This document shows, in pieces, positions 11,101 through 23,731 of a DNA stretch of 64,000 nucleotides; within the stretch, counting starts at the first letter, position 1, and the number at the start of each line of letters is the position of its first letter. A program made the translations under genes and the position numbers. Under the pieces are notes generated by a model. That model had not been told where the DNA came from. It saw only the letters and a list, made by a program, of their open reading frames with translations, and made no database searches. The DNA lies in assembly GCA_029953675.1 (NCBI GenBank), contig JAMWBK010000003.1, positions 1,054,001-1,118,000 on the forward strand, in the 5' to 3' direction. The DNA comes from Rhodosorus marinus CCMP1338 (lineage: Eukaryota > Plantae > Rhodophyta).

Positions 11101-12855
11101 ACATTTCAAATTTCCACCAACCGGAATGAAGAGCGCGGAATCTCCGCCTGTGTATCTCGCTGCGTCCAATGATCCACCGAAGGGTCTCCAGTTGCGCTTG
11201 CTCACGGCCACTACTTTCCCCGTTGGTATGGCCTGAACAGAGTCTGCATCGCGGAGACAAAGCTGAGCAGGTAAACTTGCGGAGTATTATAAGATGAATA
11301 CGCTTAGGGCAAGATGCGAACCTGATTGATGCACCTCAGACGCTAGTTTCTTACTGTCGCTTCCATCGTCATCTTCAGAGTCGTCTCCCTCATCCAATGC
11401 AACCTTCGAAGGTATCTTCCACTGCAATGAAGAGGTGCCAGCTCCAAACTCAGGCACAGCCTATCACTCTCGGGCAGTCATTCCAAACCCAAAGAGACTT
11501 TTTACTTGAGGTATCATTACCTGCTCCTTGGGCAGCGTCTCTACAATAACAACATCTCCCTGTACCGATCGGTTCATATTCTCCCGTCCCTGTATAAGAA
11601 CACCAAATCTGCAGCATGAAATTGCAATCCGAGCTATATCTTCAGATTCCAAGCTCTAACCAGTCAACAAAGGGTGAAGCAGCGCCAGGAACTAGGGTGT
11701 ATCCTCACCGTTCACCCTCGTCACCAGCCCCTTTCTGAATATTGACGGTTCCTTCCAGTCGATTGAACGGATTTGTATTAAAAACTCCCTGTGGGTTTGT
11801 TCCGACGTATGAGTTTCTGGAGAGGCTCGCCTTCGTATTCTGACGATAGATACCTGTAACAGCTTCCCGTTCTTGACCTTTCTCTGCGCATCGGCTAGAG
11901 GTATGTAATCGGGATACAACCTGGGTCTCTTCGCGTCCCTCATGTCCACGTCTGAATCCTCATCTCGCGTTTGGACAAGATCTCGAAGCTGTGGTTCGCT
12001 CCCTTCGTACTTTCGAACCAGGTTTTCTACAGAGAGAATCTGGCGATTTTGGTCGAGCCTTAGGGTCTGAATGGGTTGGTTCGTACAGTAGCAGTTACAC
12101 TCTCACCTCCACGTCCTCAAGGACCTTGCCCATAAGGTCCTTATCAGTAACAAGCATCAGTTGTCTCCGAATCGGTTTCCAATGCTGAGCTAGCCAAGTC
12201 GCAGCGCTCAGGATACATTCTTCACTGTAGGCGCTTGTATTGGTCTGATCAGAGCGCTTCACGAAAGTCGATCGATGGTGTTCATTGCTGCATATGGGCG
12301 AACAGTGCAGAAAGAGTGTGTTCAACTCCAACCGGGTTCGGCTTCACAGAAGACATAAAAAATGTCCGGAATTGAAAACACCTTACCTGAAGATTGCGTA
12401 GTTTGAACTTGACCCCATTGTCGTCAGAGCCTCTTTAACGCGTGCGTAAACCTTTGCGCTTGTAAGGCGGACTTCGCTTATAACTGTTTCAAGGAATAAC
12501 ACTTCTTTGAACGGTGTAATACCGCTCAGGATGACGTCCGTTTGATCAAGGACGGCCGATACATCCGGAATCACGTAGACTTCCTGATTTGCACCGAGCC
12601 GTCCGCTTGCCAATCCAAGAGCTGGGTGCTGTTAATCAACAATCCCACAAGAAAACATCAAAAACAATGAACATGTCAGCGCTTGCGCTTCTTCCTCAGC
12701 TCATCACTCAAGCTTTTCCCGGGTTTAACAACCTTGCACATCCGACAAAGACCACAACCGCAGCTGAGGTCATCGCGTAAGTAGTGCTCCCTGGAAACCG
12801 CGATCACGTTCCCCCTTCTAGACTTCCGTATTACAACGTTCTCCTGAACAGACAT
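8165..12855 (-). CDS. DIS3: Exosome catalytic subunit DIS3/RRP44 (CR3-PIN-CSD-RNB-S1); multi-exon
   Basis: N-terminal REHYLRDDLSCGCGLC, PIN-like YVIPDVSAVL, NRSVQGDVVIVE, RNB catalytic VDPPGCTDIDDALH, HYGLAAPIYTHFTSPIRRY and a C-terminal S1 region. Start ATG 12855. Confidence 0.95.
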
Positions 12856-14532
12856 CCTCAATCAACAAGGATGATTCCAACCTCGCTCATTCAAGAATCC
12901 AGCCACAATTCAGGTAGACACACCAAGCGCTCTATCTCTCCTGACGCATCTGCAGGGATCCTATAAACTCTATAATCTCTTCTTCAAGGCACCAAACGCT
13001 TTGTATCGTTCTCCCACTTCCATCGCCTTTTCCAATATATAAAGTTGTCATCAGCGACGTCTTTAAGACTGTTCGAGGAGGATGAGCTGCTGATTCAAGG
13101 ATGATTGGCTTGTCCAGAGCTGTTAGTTTCGTCCATGGCACAATATGCACTAGGGAATTTTTCGACGAAAATCCTGTGACCTTGACGCTTCAGATGTTTC
13201 CAACAAAGATATCAAGATTTCTCATGGATGAGGTAGGAGATGAACTGGTTCGCGGGTGAAGCGTTCTTAGTTTCGTCCAGGGCGACATTGTCTTTGCACG
13301 TGCATCATGTTAAATTGATCGTCTAGATGTTGAGTTTGCACTTCGTGGGTTATCCCTCCCGACTGGGTGTGTACCCATCGGTTTGCGGTAGCTTGCTTCC
13401 CATAGAAGCTTTGGCTACTGCGGTAGGGGTTGGGTAGTAGCCGGCTGGTTCGGTTAGGCCGGTACTGGTTAAGCTGGCCAGTGAAAGGGATGGTTGGAAT
13501 GGTTTTTGACTGGTGAAAGTGGCATGAGCTTAGTTTGCTAACCTCTCCGCGGCTTGAGAATCCACCTTGACCCAGAGAGCGTACGGGTTTGGCGTAATGG
13601 GGTTGTTCTCACTCGGGGGTCAACAGCCTGCTCTTGGAGGTGAGGATTGTGGAGTTAAGTACTGGCTCTGTCTTGTACGTGGTCGGCTATTGATTCCGGG
13701 TTCATGAAAGGCCGCGTTAAAGTCCGAAATGCGGATGATACCAACGTGTAAATCATTTCGCTCTTGGCGCTATCCGCATGAATCCTCGAATTACGCGAAT
13801 CCGACCACGAGAAACTGGAGTTTGGAGGCCTGTTAAACGAGGTCCAATTGGTAGCACTCGGCGATACTTTTTGATTCTTGCCTTTGTCTGAAAAAAACGC
13901 CGCACTCCACGGCCCAGGTCGCAACCTTCTTCAAACAGACCCAAACCCTCTTTTTTCATTCCGATGACTGATCCGCGTCGGTCTGGACCGTCTTGCAGCA
14001 GTTCCGGAAGTAAGACGGTTTCCATCCAGTTTTTAAGTTACCCTAGAGCGCTGCTGAAGCCTCTCCCTGTCCACGTGTGGATACTCCTTCCCAAGCGTCG
14101 ACTTGTTTCCACGCGTTTTGCCCTGAATGTTGAAAGTTGGAGTTTTTGACAGGTTTGTGAACCGCGATAGTGAGCTTAAGGGATGGACTGATGTTGTCCT
14201 AGGGCGCACAGAAAGCTACAACCTGGGGACCTTATACTCCCCAACCAGAATCCCGTAGCTCTACTTACAGAAAGGCTGTGAAGGGACGAAAAGGTCAATC
14301 TGGGACATGAAACAAGGATCACCGTAAGTCCAGTGCGATCAAAGGCTCTCCTTCAAACGAACAGGGCAGTTCTCCGCCCAGGGATTTCGATATCACCTTC
14401 GTAAACGGACTCCTAAAAAAGTCATGACCGAACCCGAGAACATCACAGCTACCTTCCTCTTTCTGTAGTGGAACTCTAATCGGGCTTAACTCCTTGAAGA
14501 CTAGACGGAAACAGAATCTAGAGACTGTACAA

Positions 14533-14653
14533 TGTTGGTAGTCTGTGAGAGTCAGAGGGTATCGAGTTTTGAAGGCCATTGCCTAGGCCATTGCCTAGGC
14601 CTAGCCATTGCCTTCAAAACTCGATACCCTCTGACTCTCACAGACTACCAACA
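14533..14653. repeat. Perfect 44-bp inverted repeat (arms 14533-14576 and 14610-14653) with a 33-nt spacer built of short direct repeats
   Basis: TGTTGGTAGTCTGTGAGAGTCAGAGGGTATCGAGTTTTGAAGGC is the exact reverse complement of GCCTTCAAAACTCGATACCCTCTGACTCTCACAGACTACCAACA. GCCATTGCCTAG occurs twice in tandem across the spacer. Confidence 0.97.
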
Positions 14654-15783
14654 CATCCACGGCTCCGTTCTCGTCGGTGAATCTCAATCAATAAAAGTCA
14701 TTGGACCTCAAAACCATCACAAATTCATAAAAATTAAAAAATTATAAATTTTTATTTCTATTCAAATATCTAAGTGATCACGCAAAAAACTAACTTTTTC
14801 TAATAGAGCCAGATCTTTGATTAATAATTCATCGGAAATTCATGGATCCCGTAAAACCGAAACGGCGTGCCATTTCACATGTCTTTCAAAATTATTTATT
14901 TTTCTTCTATGAAGGAAAATATTTTAAAATATTCAAGTTTTATTTATAGACCGGTTCGGTGGAGGATTTTCATTTGTTTATCGCAGGCTCCACACCGTCT
15001 TTCGGGTTCTCCAAAGTCTTTCCCCCTCCAACCCTAAGACAAATAAGCAAGCCGATAAAATTTGCATCCACAAACAACCCCCCCTCAATTGATAATTCTC
15101 AGAGAAATTTGTTAAAAAGAACTCAAAAAAACATTTTAAAGAAATATACTTTGCGCAATTTTGTAGTTGATAAAATATCATGTATACAGTCCGATCCCTC
15201 CACCCCCCTTACTTACCCCCACCAAGAGCCTACAGCAGAATCTGCAAAAAGCAATCCATTCCGGGGAACCGAAGTGAACTTCTGAAAAAACCAAGAATTT
15301 TCCGCAATCCTAAAAACCAAGGGCCAAGAATAGGACAGATGTCCTTATTTTGATTGGTATTAATCTCAGCCGACGCTAGAAAAGGGGTTAACCTATTCGC
15401 GCTCCCTAAGTAATAGTACTATTTTAGTACGCTACTATTCTTTTAAAAGATATTTTCATTTGGATATTTGTAACCTCTATAGTACAGAACAAGTACTATT
15501 GGAATTTTGTGGTTTTTTAGGGGGTAAAAAATCAAGTAAATGTGGTTTTTAAGCTTTAATAATAATTTTTGGTGGTTTCGTGGAGGACAAGCCTCGCGGA
15601 GATTAATTGGGACTTTTGTTTGTTTGCGGAAGGGGAAAGGGAAGTGGTGGTTGTCTCCGAGATGGCGCTAGTGTTATAAGAGCGTATGCGCGAGTTGGGG
15701 AGGAGGAGGGCGTGGTCTGAAGGGGAGGGAGGGTTGGAAGTTGGGTTGGTAGGCAGGATTGAATGTGAAGGGATTTCGTCGAG

Positions 15784-16027
15784 ATGGAGGTTGGATTTGT
15801 TTTGGGGGTTGGTGGTGTTGTTGGGGCTGGCAAGTCTTTTGCCGGTTCCCGATGTCAGCACGGGGGGCGGGTGATGGTTTCTTCAAGGAAGTTGAGGGAA
15901 TCTGTGGTGATGATGGGTAAGAAGAAGAGGGTTGTAGATGATGATGATGGTGGTATTGAAGTGTTTAAGAGCGTTGATGAGGGAGAGGATCTGTTGGCGC
16001 TTGCGCTTATGGAGGAACCGCAGGAGG

Positions 16028-16059
<32 letters not shown>

Positions 16060-18961
16060 AAGGGTGAAGAAGCGGAGGAAATACCCGCGTTTTCTCCAGT
16101 TGGGGAAGGTGAAGATTTGCTTGAAGCGGCACTCGCGGATGACGAGTCCGCAAAGGCTTCTGAGAATGGAGCTTCAAAAAAGGGCTCGAAGAAGAAGGGT
16201 GGAAAGAAGAAGTCGGTTATTGTGGCAGAGGAAGACAACGCAGTGGACGTCTTCGCGAGCATTGAAGACCCAAGCGCCTTGCTTGAACGGGAGCTAGAGA
16301 CTCCGCAGCAGCAATCGAAGAAACAGAAGAAGGGTATGAAGGGCGCTGTAGCTCCGGAACCTGAAGTTGCGGTTGTGGAGGTTGAGCAGCCTGAGGTTGT
16401 TCCCGAGGTTGTTCCCGAGGCTGAAAACGGTACGCCGCCCGGTGGTAGCAATGAGCCACCTCTAAACCTTGGTTGTTGGAAGTCAAAATTGTCTCAAGTC
16501 ATCTGTTTCTACACTTGCAGAGGTCGATGACGAATCTAGTGAATCCTTGCCGGAGATTGTTGCTGAAGAAGAGCTCGAGGTAACTCTAGACCTTTGAATT
16601 CCTCTCAGACTTGAAAGTCGCCTTATCCAATTTGATGTGCTAACGGCCATTTCAACTGTTGATGCAGGAGGAGGTCGAGGACTTGGATGCTGAGACTGTC
16701 GACGAGCTCGAGCACTTGGCGCTTGATGTAGAAGATTTCACAATGCGTGGAGTAAAGAAACGCGCTCAGGTTGTTCGCAAGAACTCCCTAGAGAGGAGCG
16801 GTGGAGACAGGTTCGTCTATGTGAGGATGGAGGAAATTGGACAAACTTTCAAAAACACTGACGTGCTAAAAAGCGTCACTTGGGAAGTAAGCTGCGGGTG
16901 CAACGGAATGGCCTACGTTTGCACCGAAATGTCTGCATTGTTCTAAACTATTCTTGGCCTTGGTTTTCTCATGTCAGGTCAAGACCGGTGACAGAATTGG
17001 GCTCGTTGGACAGAACGGAAGCGGAAAGACCACGCAGTTGAAAATAATTGCGGGTCAACTAGAACCGACCAAAGGAGAAGTAATCAAATCTTCGCCGAGA
17101 CTTAAGGCATCATTCCTCCGCCAGGAGTTTGTGGACGAGCTTGATACGAATGCCAGTCTGCGGACTGAATTCGAGAAATCGTTTGTGGATGAGTCCAAGG
17201 CGCTTGCTCGCTACAAAGAGGTTGAAACCTCCTTGACCGCCGCTTCTGAAGATATGGAGCAGATGGAATCGCTTCTTAATGAGATGGAGGAATTGCGCCT
17301 GAATATCGAGGCTATGGACGCATGGAATCTAACCTCGCGGATTGACAAGATTCTTCCGCTCCTCGGATTCGATCAAGACGATCTCGAGGCGAAAGTAGGA
17401 TCCTTCTCTGGGGGTTGGAAGGTTCGTATGGAGAGTTGGCGTTTCCCGTACAGTATTCAGCCAATGCTTAAACCCGCTTCTGCTCCCTTTCACGTAGGTC
17501 CGAATCGGAATTGGCAAGCTTCTTCTTCAGAACCCTGATCTCCTGCTTCTTGATGAGCCAACCAACCATTTGGACTTGGACAGTGTGGAGTGGCTAGAAA
17601 ACTTCCTCCGAACACTGGACACACCCATGGTTATTGTCAGTCATGACCGAGAATTTATGGATAGACTGTGCACCAAAATTGTTGAAACTGAGGGGGGAGA
17701 GGCATTTGAATTCAAGGGCAACTACACCGACTTTGTGAAGCAAAAGAAGGAGCGCCGCGAGCAGTGGGAATCTGCTTGGGACAAGCAGAAGAGGTTCGTC
17801 GATGAGCAGACGAAATTTATCCGGCGATTTAGGGCATCCGCCGCGCGAGCAGCGCAGGTGAAATCGAGAGAGAAGATGCTTGCAAAGCTTGAGAAGAGTA
17901 TTGATTGGGTGCGACAACCGCCTCGGGGAGGCAAGCCTCTTGTGTTCCGGTTTCCTCCTGCACCCCGTTCCGGAAGGGACGTCTGTGTGCTTGAGGGTAT
18001 TACCCACGGCTACAATGGACAACTGTTGTTCAAGGATGCGAACTTCGTCTTGGAAAGAGGAGACAGGATCGCCATTGTCGGACCCAACGGTGCCGGTAAA
18101 TCGACTCTGTTGCGGCTTGCGCTTGGATTGGAGAAACCGCTTCAAGGTGTAGCAGAATGCAAGAGCCTGCATGGTGTCATCCCTGCATACTTTGCGCAGA
18201 ATCAAGCGGATGAGCTGGACTTGAACAAGAGTGTACTCCAGATCGTTGAGGCCGCGCAGGCTGGAGATATGACCTACGAAGAGATCAGAGCTGTTCTTGG
18301 CAAGTTCCTGTTCAAGGGAGACGCTGTTGACAAGAAGGTAAGACAGGGGGGGGGGCGGAGCGGTAGCTCCCTTTCGCAAATCTAACCTCTCCCTACGTGT
18401 GTGTGTAGATATCTGCTTTAAGCGGTGGTGAAAAGGCAAGAGTAGCTCTATGCAAAATTATGGTGTCCCCGGCGAATCTATTGATACTGGATGAGCCGAC
18501 CAACCATCTCGACATTCCAGCTAAGGAGATGCTGGAAGAGGCTATTCAGGAGTTTGACGGAACTGTCCTGGTTGTTTCTCATGACCGTTACTTCGTCTCA
18601 AGAGTAAGCGCGACTCTCTTAAGAATTCTGTTGGACGAAAGAACCCACACCCTGCGCGCTAATATAGGATGAATTGTTTTTCTTTGATCTGAAGATTGCG
18701 CACCAGATTCTCGCCATTGAGGATGGTCAGGTTGAACTTTATGACGGGGACTATCGAAGCTACATTGAGAAGAACTCAGAGTTGATGTCCAAGTTGCAAA
18801 GCCGGCAGCTAGATGGTCTCACTACCATCAAGAGTGCACCGGTCATTCAGGCTGAACCGGTGCAACTTGACAGGAAGCAGAAGAAGAAGAAGAATTTTGG
18901 AGGCTCCGGAATAAAGAGCGGGAAGACGAAGGAGATGAACGCGAAGCGGTGGTCAAGATAG
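15784..18961 (+). CDS. ABC-F family ATPase (ribosome-associated type), probably plastid-targeted, with Lys/Glu-rich low-complexity N-extension; multi-exon
   Basis: Two NBDs ([12 protein letters not shown]...FSGGWKVRI...[11 protein letters not shown]; [11 protein letters not shown]...LSGGEKARV...[10 protein letters not shown]), the inter-domain linker, and no TM segments. The N-terminus MEVGFVLG looks like a transit peptide. Confidence 0.92.
16030..16062 (+). repeat. (AAG)11 microsatellite encoding poly-Lys in ABC-F exon 1
   Basis: Read directly; translates to K11. Confidence 0.95.
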
Positions 18962-19211
18962 ACGAGGAGACCAAATTTTTTCTACCGAGGACCTGTTTTA
19001 ATCGTTACTTGGGAAATTCTCGTAGGAGTCACTTAGCAGACATGAACTGACAGACACAACCAACTGACCGACTCGGTCAAACTCCGAATAAACTACATGT
19101 ACTTAAAAAGTTTTCTATTAATGTATAAAATGCAAAAGGATCTTCCGCATTTGTTAAGCAGCAGTGTCGATGGGACCCCATGCCATTTTGCTTGACAAAA
19201 AACGAAAGCTA

Positions 19212-22200
19212 TTAGGCAACAGCAGCCTTCGTCACGATGGACTCATCATCACTAGAATCATTCCCCGAGGAAGATCCGTTAAAGCCCCCGTCTTCCTCTT
19301 CCTCCAAGCCGTCGTTGTCCTCGTCATTGTCCTCGTCATTGTCCTCGTCCTTGTCCTCGTCATTGTACTCGTCATTGTACTCGTCATTGTCCTCGTCATT
19401 GTCCTCCTCGTCCTCATCATCCTCATCGAACTCTTCTTCGCTTGTTGTAAAATCCCCTCCGTTCAGTTCAAGGCTCGAGCGTTCGAGATCGAGCAGCTCC
19501 AGCTCCTGCGTGACTGACGGAGTCAGCTCTTCGGGATCTAGGTGGTCCATCGAACCCTCTGAATCCTGGGCGTCGACGACTGAGGAAATGTACTCCTCAT
19601 CCGAAGTCCGATCTTCGGTCTCATAGCTTTCTTCGACGTTGGAGCTGCGGACAACGTACGTCACGTCATCGGCCACTGGAAAGCGATCCATTAAGTTGAT
19701 TGCTCTGCGGGCGTTGAGCTTTACCGCTTCCGACAATATGGGGAGCCTAGGTATCTGCCTCAGCATATCCATAACTCTTCGCAACCGTCTACAAATGTCG
19801 CCCTCTTGCAGATTCGTGCCCTTCATCAGCTCAGACCACTCAATACCCTTGGCCCACGCCTCCACCATACCAGCGTCGGATTCCTATACGATAATCGAAG
19901 AAGCGTTTCCTTGAGCAACCAAGCTCAGAAAAGAGACCTACTAATAGCGGATATGGCTTACGTCCAACGTGATGACAATGTCGAGTTTCCTTTTCCGCTG
20001 GGCTGTCTCGAGGTTGGAGTAAAGAGGTCTAATATCGTCGACTGCCTCAAGCGTTTCCGGATCCGCCTGGAAAGTGATGACTTGATCTCGCCTAGCCCCT
20101 TCTGCAAGAAGGGCACTGATCAAGCCCGCCAGTTGTGGTGGTTGCAGCCTGGCAGGATATGGAGCACCGTGACGCTTATGAGCTTCAGGAAAACGACTGT
20201 AGAAGTCGATTTGTTCGCAAATTTGAAAGCTTACTCAGAGATGCTATCTGAAAGCAAAACCATGCTGATCCACAACTCGTTCGACGATCTGAGTGATGCT
20301 CCAAGTGAACCCAATTCTGTCACCTTGTGGTCTTCCGTAAGGAACCCAAACTCCTGTAGGACCTCAGCTGCGCTCATGAATACTTTCCAGTTGGACTAGC
20401 GCAGGAAGAAATAGCAAATGGAAAGCTTAGCTGGACCGGGTTTCAATTTTCGTAAAAACTGCGATAAGTGTGTTCAAACAAACCTCCTCCTGAACACTGA
20501 GCTTGTCCATCTTTCTCTCTACCGAGCGAAGCTGTTCCACAGAAAACTGCTTCTTCAACTTCTTGACAGCCTTAAACGCTTTGACCAGGTCACGTCGATC
20601 CTTTCTATCATAAAGCAAGTTTTCAGAAAGCTTCTGCCGAACACCTTCCATCAGATCTTTCTGGGCAAGTAAATGACCGGGTACAGGTGGAAAGCTAATC
20701 TCCGGGATCAAATCGGCCTGTACATTGCAAGGAACAACTTAGAACAGCAACTTTTTCCAACGGGACCACTCGAGTTGATGAAAATTTTGTATGCTTACCA
20801 AGGCGCTCGATTCGTCATTCCCCGCGTAGTACATTTGATCAGTCGATGAGAACTCAAAGTGTCCTCGCGACGGTACAAAGCGTGCTTTCCATCTGCAATA
20901 GTTGTGAAAGACAAGCAACGGTTAGGACTCGGCTGGCTGGCTTATGGCCAGTCGAGGTATGTTCTTGACTCTCTTACTCCTCGGGGTCGATCTCGTCCCA
21001 CTTCAGAGTTTCACCTTCTACGTCGACGTGCACAAACTGCTCGTTGACTAGTAGTCGAATCTCATTGCTCTGCGTCAGAACCGCAGTAAGCTCTTCCGAT
21101 TCTGGGTCAACTTCGACGTTGCCCAATACAACGGCGTACTCTACCAGGCTTTTCCAGAGCGAATCAGACCGACCCTGGAAGAGATGTGTTTCCAGCTCAA
21201 TCTTCTGAACGTTCAAGCAAGTCGTATCGGCATCCCTTTGTACAATGATCGCCTTTGTCCCCACTGGAACAAACGGAAGGATCTGCTCCCTATCAGCGAC
21301 CTGGTTCAGCAGGCTAATTTGTGCGAGTTTCTTCAAAACTTTTTGCTCGGTTCGCATTCTGTTCGACAGCTTCGCCAGTCTCGACACCTCGTCCAGCGGT
21401 GCGGTTTCCAACAGTTTCTTCGCCTCCACAAACATTTCAGCATCGGACATTGTACCCCGTCCTCCAAGCCGCTCTTGCCTGCCCTTCCTCATTAAGAACG
21501 CACCAAAGGACTTTTCAACAAGCTCCTTCGATCCGTCTAAATCTCTTCGCTTCAACAGATTTAAAACCATTCCAAACGTCGCTGCGAATGTGGAATTCAA
21601 AGCTTCTACGTCTTGGTTGATTACGTTGTACGCAGTTTCAGCACCTTCAAATTGGGATCTCACGAACACACAAGTACCCCTCTTGTCTTTGCCTCTGCGA
21701 CCAGCTCGTCCAGCCATCTGAAACACTTCTGACGTTGAAAGTTCTACAATACCATCCGCACCGGCTCTCTTTGATAGTGAAGATATCGCTGTGGTTCGAG
21801 CTGGCGTTGCATCACAGAAAGAAAAAGCAGGCAACTAGCAGTCAGAATATATCGATACCAGACCAGTGGCGATGCGACCTTCATTTGCGCTTCCCGCTTG
21901 GAGAGTCCCAAAACATACCAGGCATATTAATACCAGCAGCTAACGTTTCAGTTGCAAAGACAACTTTGATAAGTCCGTCTTGAAACAACTCTTCGACCAC
22001 TGCTTTCCAAATTGGAAGCAAGCCAGCATGATGTGATGATATCCCCTTCCTCGCCAGTCTGAGCTTGTCCTCCCCTATCAAACCAGGGTGTGCGTTCTCA
22101 AACTCCGATACCTTCTCGTCCACGAGTTTAGCTTCTTCTTCCGTCAGTAGGTCGCTGTGCTCGCCCTGGGCAATCATCCCTGCAGCTCTGTCACATCCGC

Positions 22201-23731
22201 CTCTGCTGAAAATAAACACTATAGCGGGTAGCATCGATCGTTTTCTCAAGCATCTAATCAAGTATCCATAGCTCGGCACCTCTTGATTCGAGGGTCTGGC
22301 GTTCATGACCTTGAGCATCCTGCCCTTCTTCATGCCTTCCTCGAACATATAGTCTATCTCCTTCGCAATTTCTGCTGGACTTGCTTTTCTGTTACCCCGC
22401 CGAGGTTTCTTCCCCTTCCGAACGTCATCGTCCCAGTCTCCAGCGATTCCTCTATGCTCCACTCTCATCTTCGCAGCCTTCAGCACGTCGTTCGAACAGA
22501 CTTTTGGGTTGATCATATTTCGTCTACAGGAACGTAACGCACGTTCGTTCGGGACGCGTTTAGTCGTTAACCCAATTTGTGGAGTACCAGGTACCAGAAA
22601 AAGGAGTTAAGAAGTGTGTAGTACGTACCCGCCGGATCCAGGTCTCTGACTTGTCAAAGTGAATAATCCGTTTCTGCTACAGTACGCGAAATCAAGGGGT
22701 ACCGGCCTGAAAGAAGAAACTACTAGCTCAGTGGGACCATGCACTTCAGAGAACCACGCTCTAACTTCATCCACGTTCCGCATTGTAGCGGATAGTGCAA
22801 CAAGAAGGGTACGCTTTGGACTGATGATGACCGATTCCTCCCAGACCTGTTTTCGAATTTTGAGTTTGCCCAATTGGATTTGAAAGAGGTGCACTTAGCG
22901 GTCCTGCTCAATACTATCCGTAGCAAGACTAGGATTCTTGAGGATTTAAAGGAATCCCAGACTCACCGTCCCTCTCTCCCTGTCGTTCATGTAATGGAAT
23001 TCGTCGAATACTACTGCATAAATGTTGTCCATCATGCTGGGGCCTACACCGCTCACTTCAAACCCACTCTCGGATGCGTAAAGCATGTTGCGATACACCT
23101 CAGTCGTCATGACTAGAATATCCGCGTCTCGATTCGCGCTGACGTCACCAGTCAGCAGACCGACTCGGGAAGCTCCAAACTGCTTTTTGAAATCGCTGTA
23201 TTTCTGGTTTGACAGGGCTTTCAACGGGGTCGTGTAGAATACTCGCAGGCCCTGAGCCAGTGCTAAGTAAACAGCTGCTTCACCAATCACAGTCTTTCCA
23301 GATCCTGTCAGTTGGAAAAGAGCATAGCGTTAAGAAGAGCAGTCGCTGGCTGGGCTTCTTTCCCAGGACGAAGGTAAAGATACGACATCCGCTCCGCTCA
23401 TACCTGTTGGAGCAGCTACGACCGCGCTTTCGCTGCGAGCGAGAGCACGTATTGCCTTCAGCTGGAAATCATCAAGCGGGAATGAAAACGCCGAGGCAGT
23501 GAGGTCCACCTTGTCTTCTGCTGACAAACTGCCACCATCTGGAACTTCCGCCCACGCGTCACGAAGAACAAACGCAGCTTCCGGTTCCCCAGCTACTTGA
23601 CTCACTTCTGGCATCCATCGGCTCGCGTCGTGTTCATAAATAACCACTCTCATACCTCTTCTATTTTCACACCAGCTCCGTTCATTTTGCGGAATACGGC
23701 CTAGTCCGCCCAGGCTCAAAAAGCATGCCAT
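19212..23731 (-). CDS. Ski2-like DExH RNA helicase of the ISE2/HelY type, probably plastid-targeted, with acidic C-terminal tail; multi-exon
   Basis: FPLDDFQ Q-motif, VVAAPTG, YTTPLKALSNQKY, VFDEFHYMNDRERG, LVALSAT, FIFSRGGCD, HHAGLLP, FATETLAAGINMP, QMAGRAGRRG and the DSHCT-like EGDICRRLRRVMDMLRQI. Confidence 0.92.
19310..19420. repeat. Degenerate 12-nt tandem repeat (TCCTCGTCATTG-like) encoding the D/E/N tail (DEDN/DEYN) of the helicase
   Basis: About 8 consecutive 12-mers are visible; the minus-strand translation is EDNDEDNDEYNDEYNDEDKDEDNDEDNDEDND. Confidence 0.85.

Noticed and set aside
12932-14340. Several 60-90-aa ORFs, and a short duplicated GGACGAAACTAA segment (about 13130 and 13275)
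   Set aside because: No coherent spliced model or family signature; the repeat is too short to interpret.
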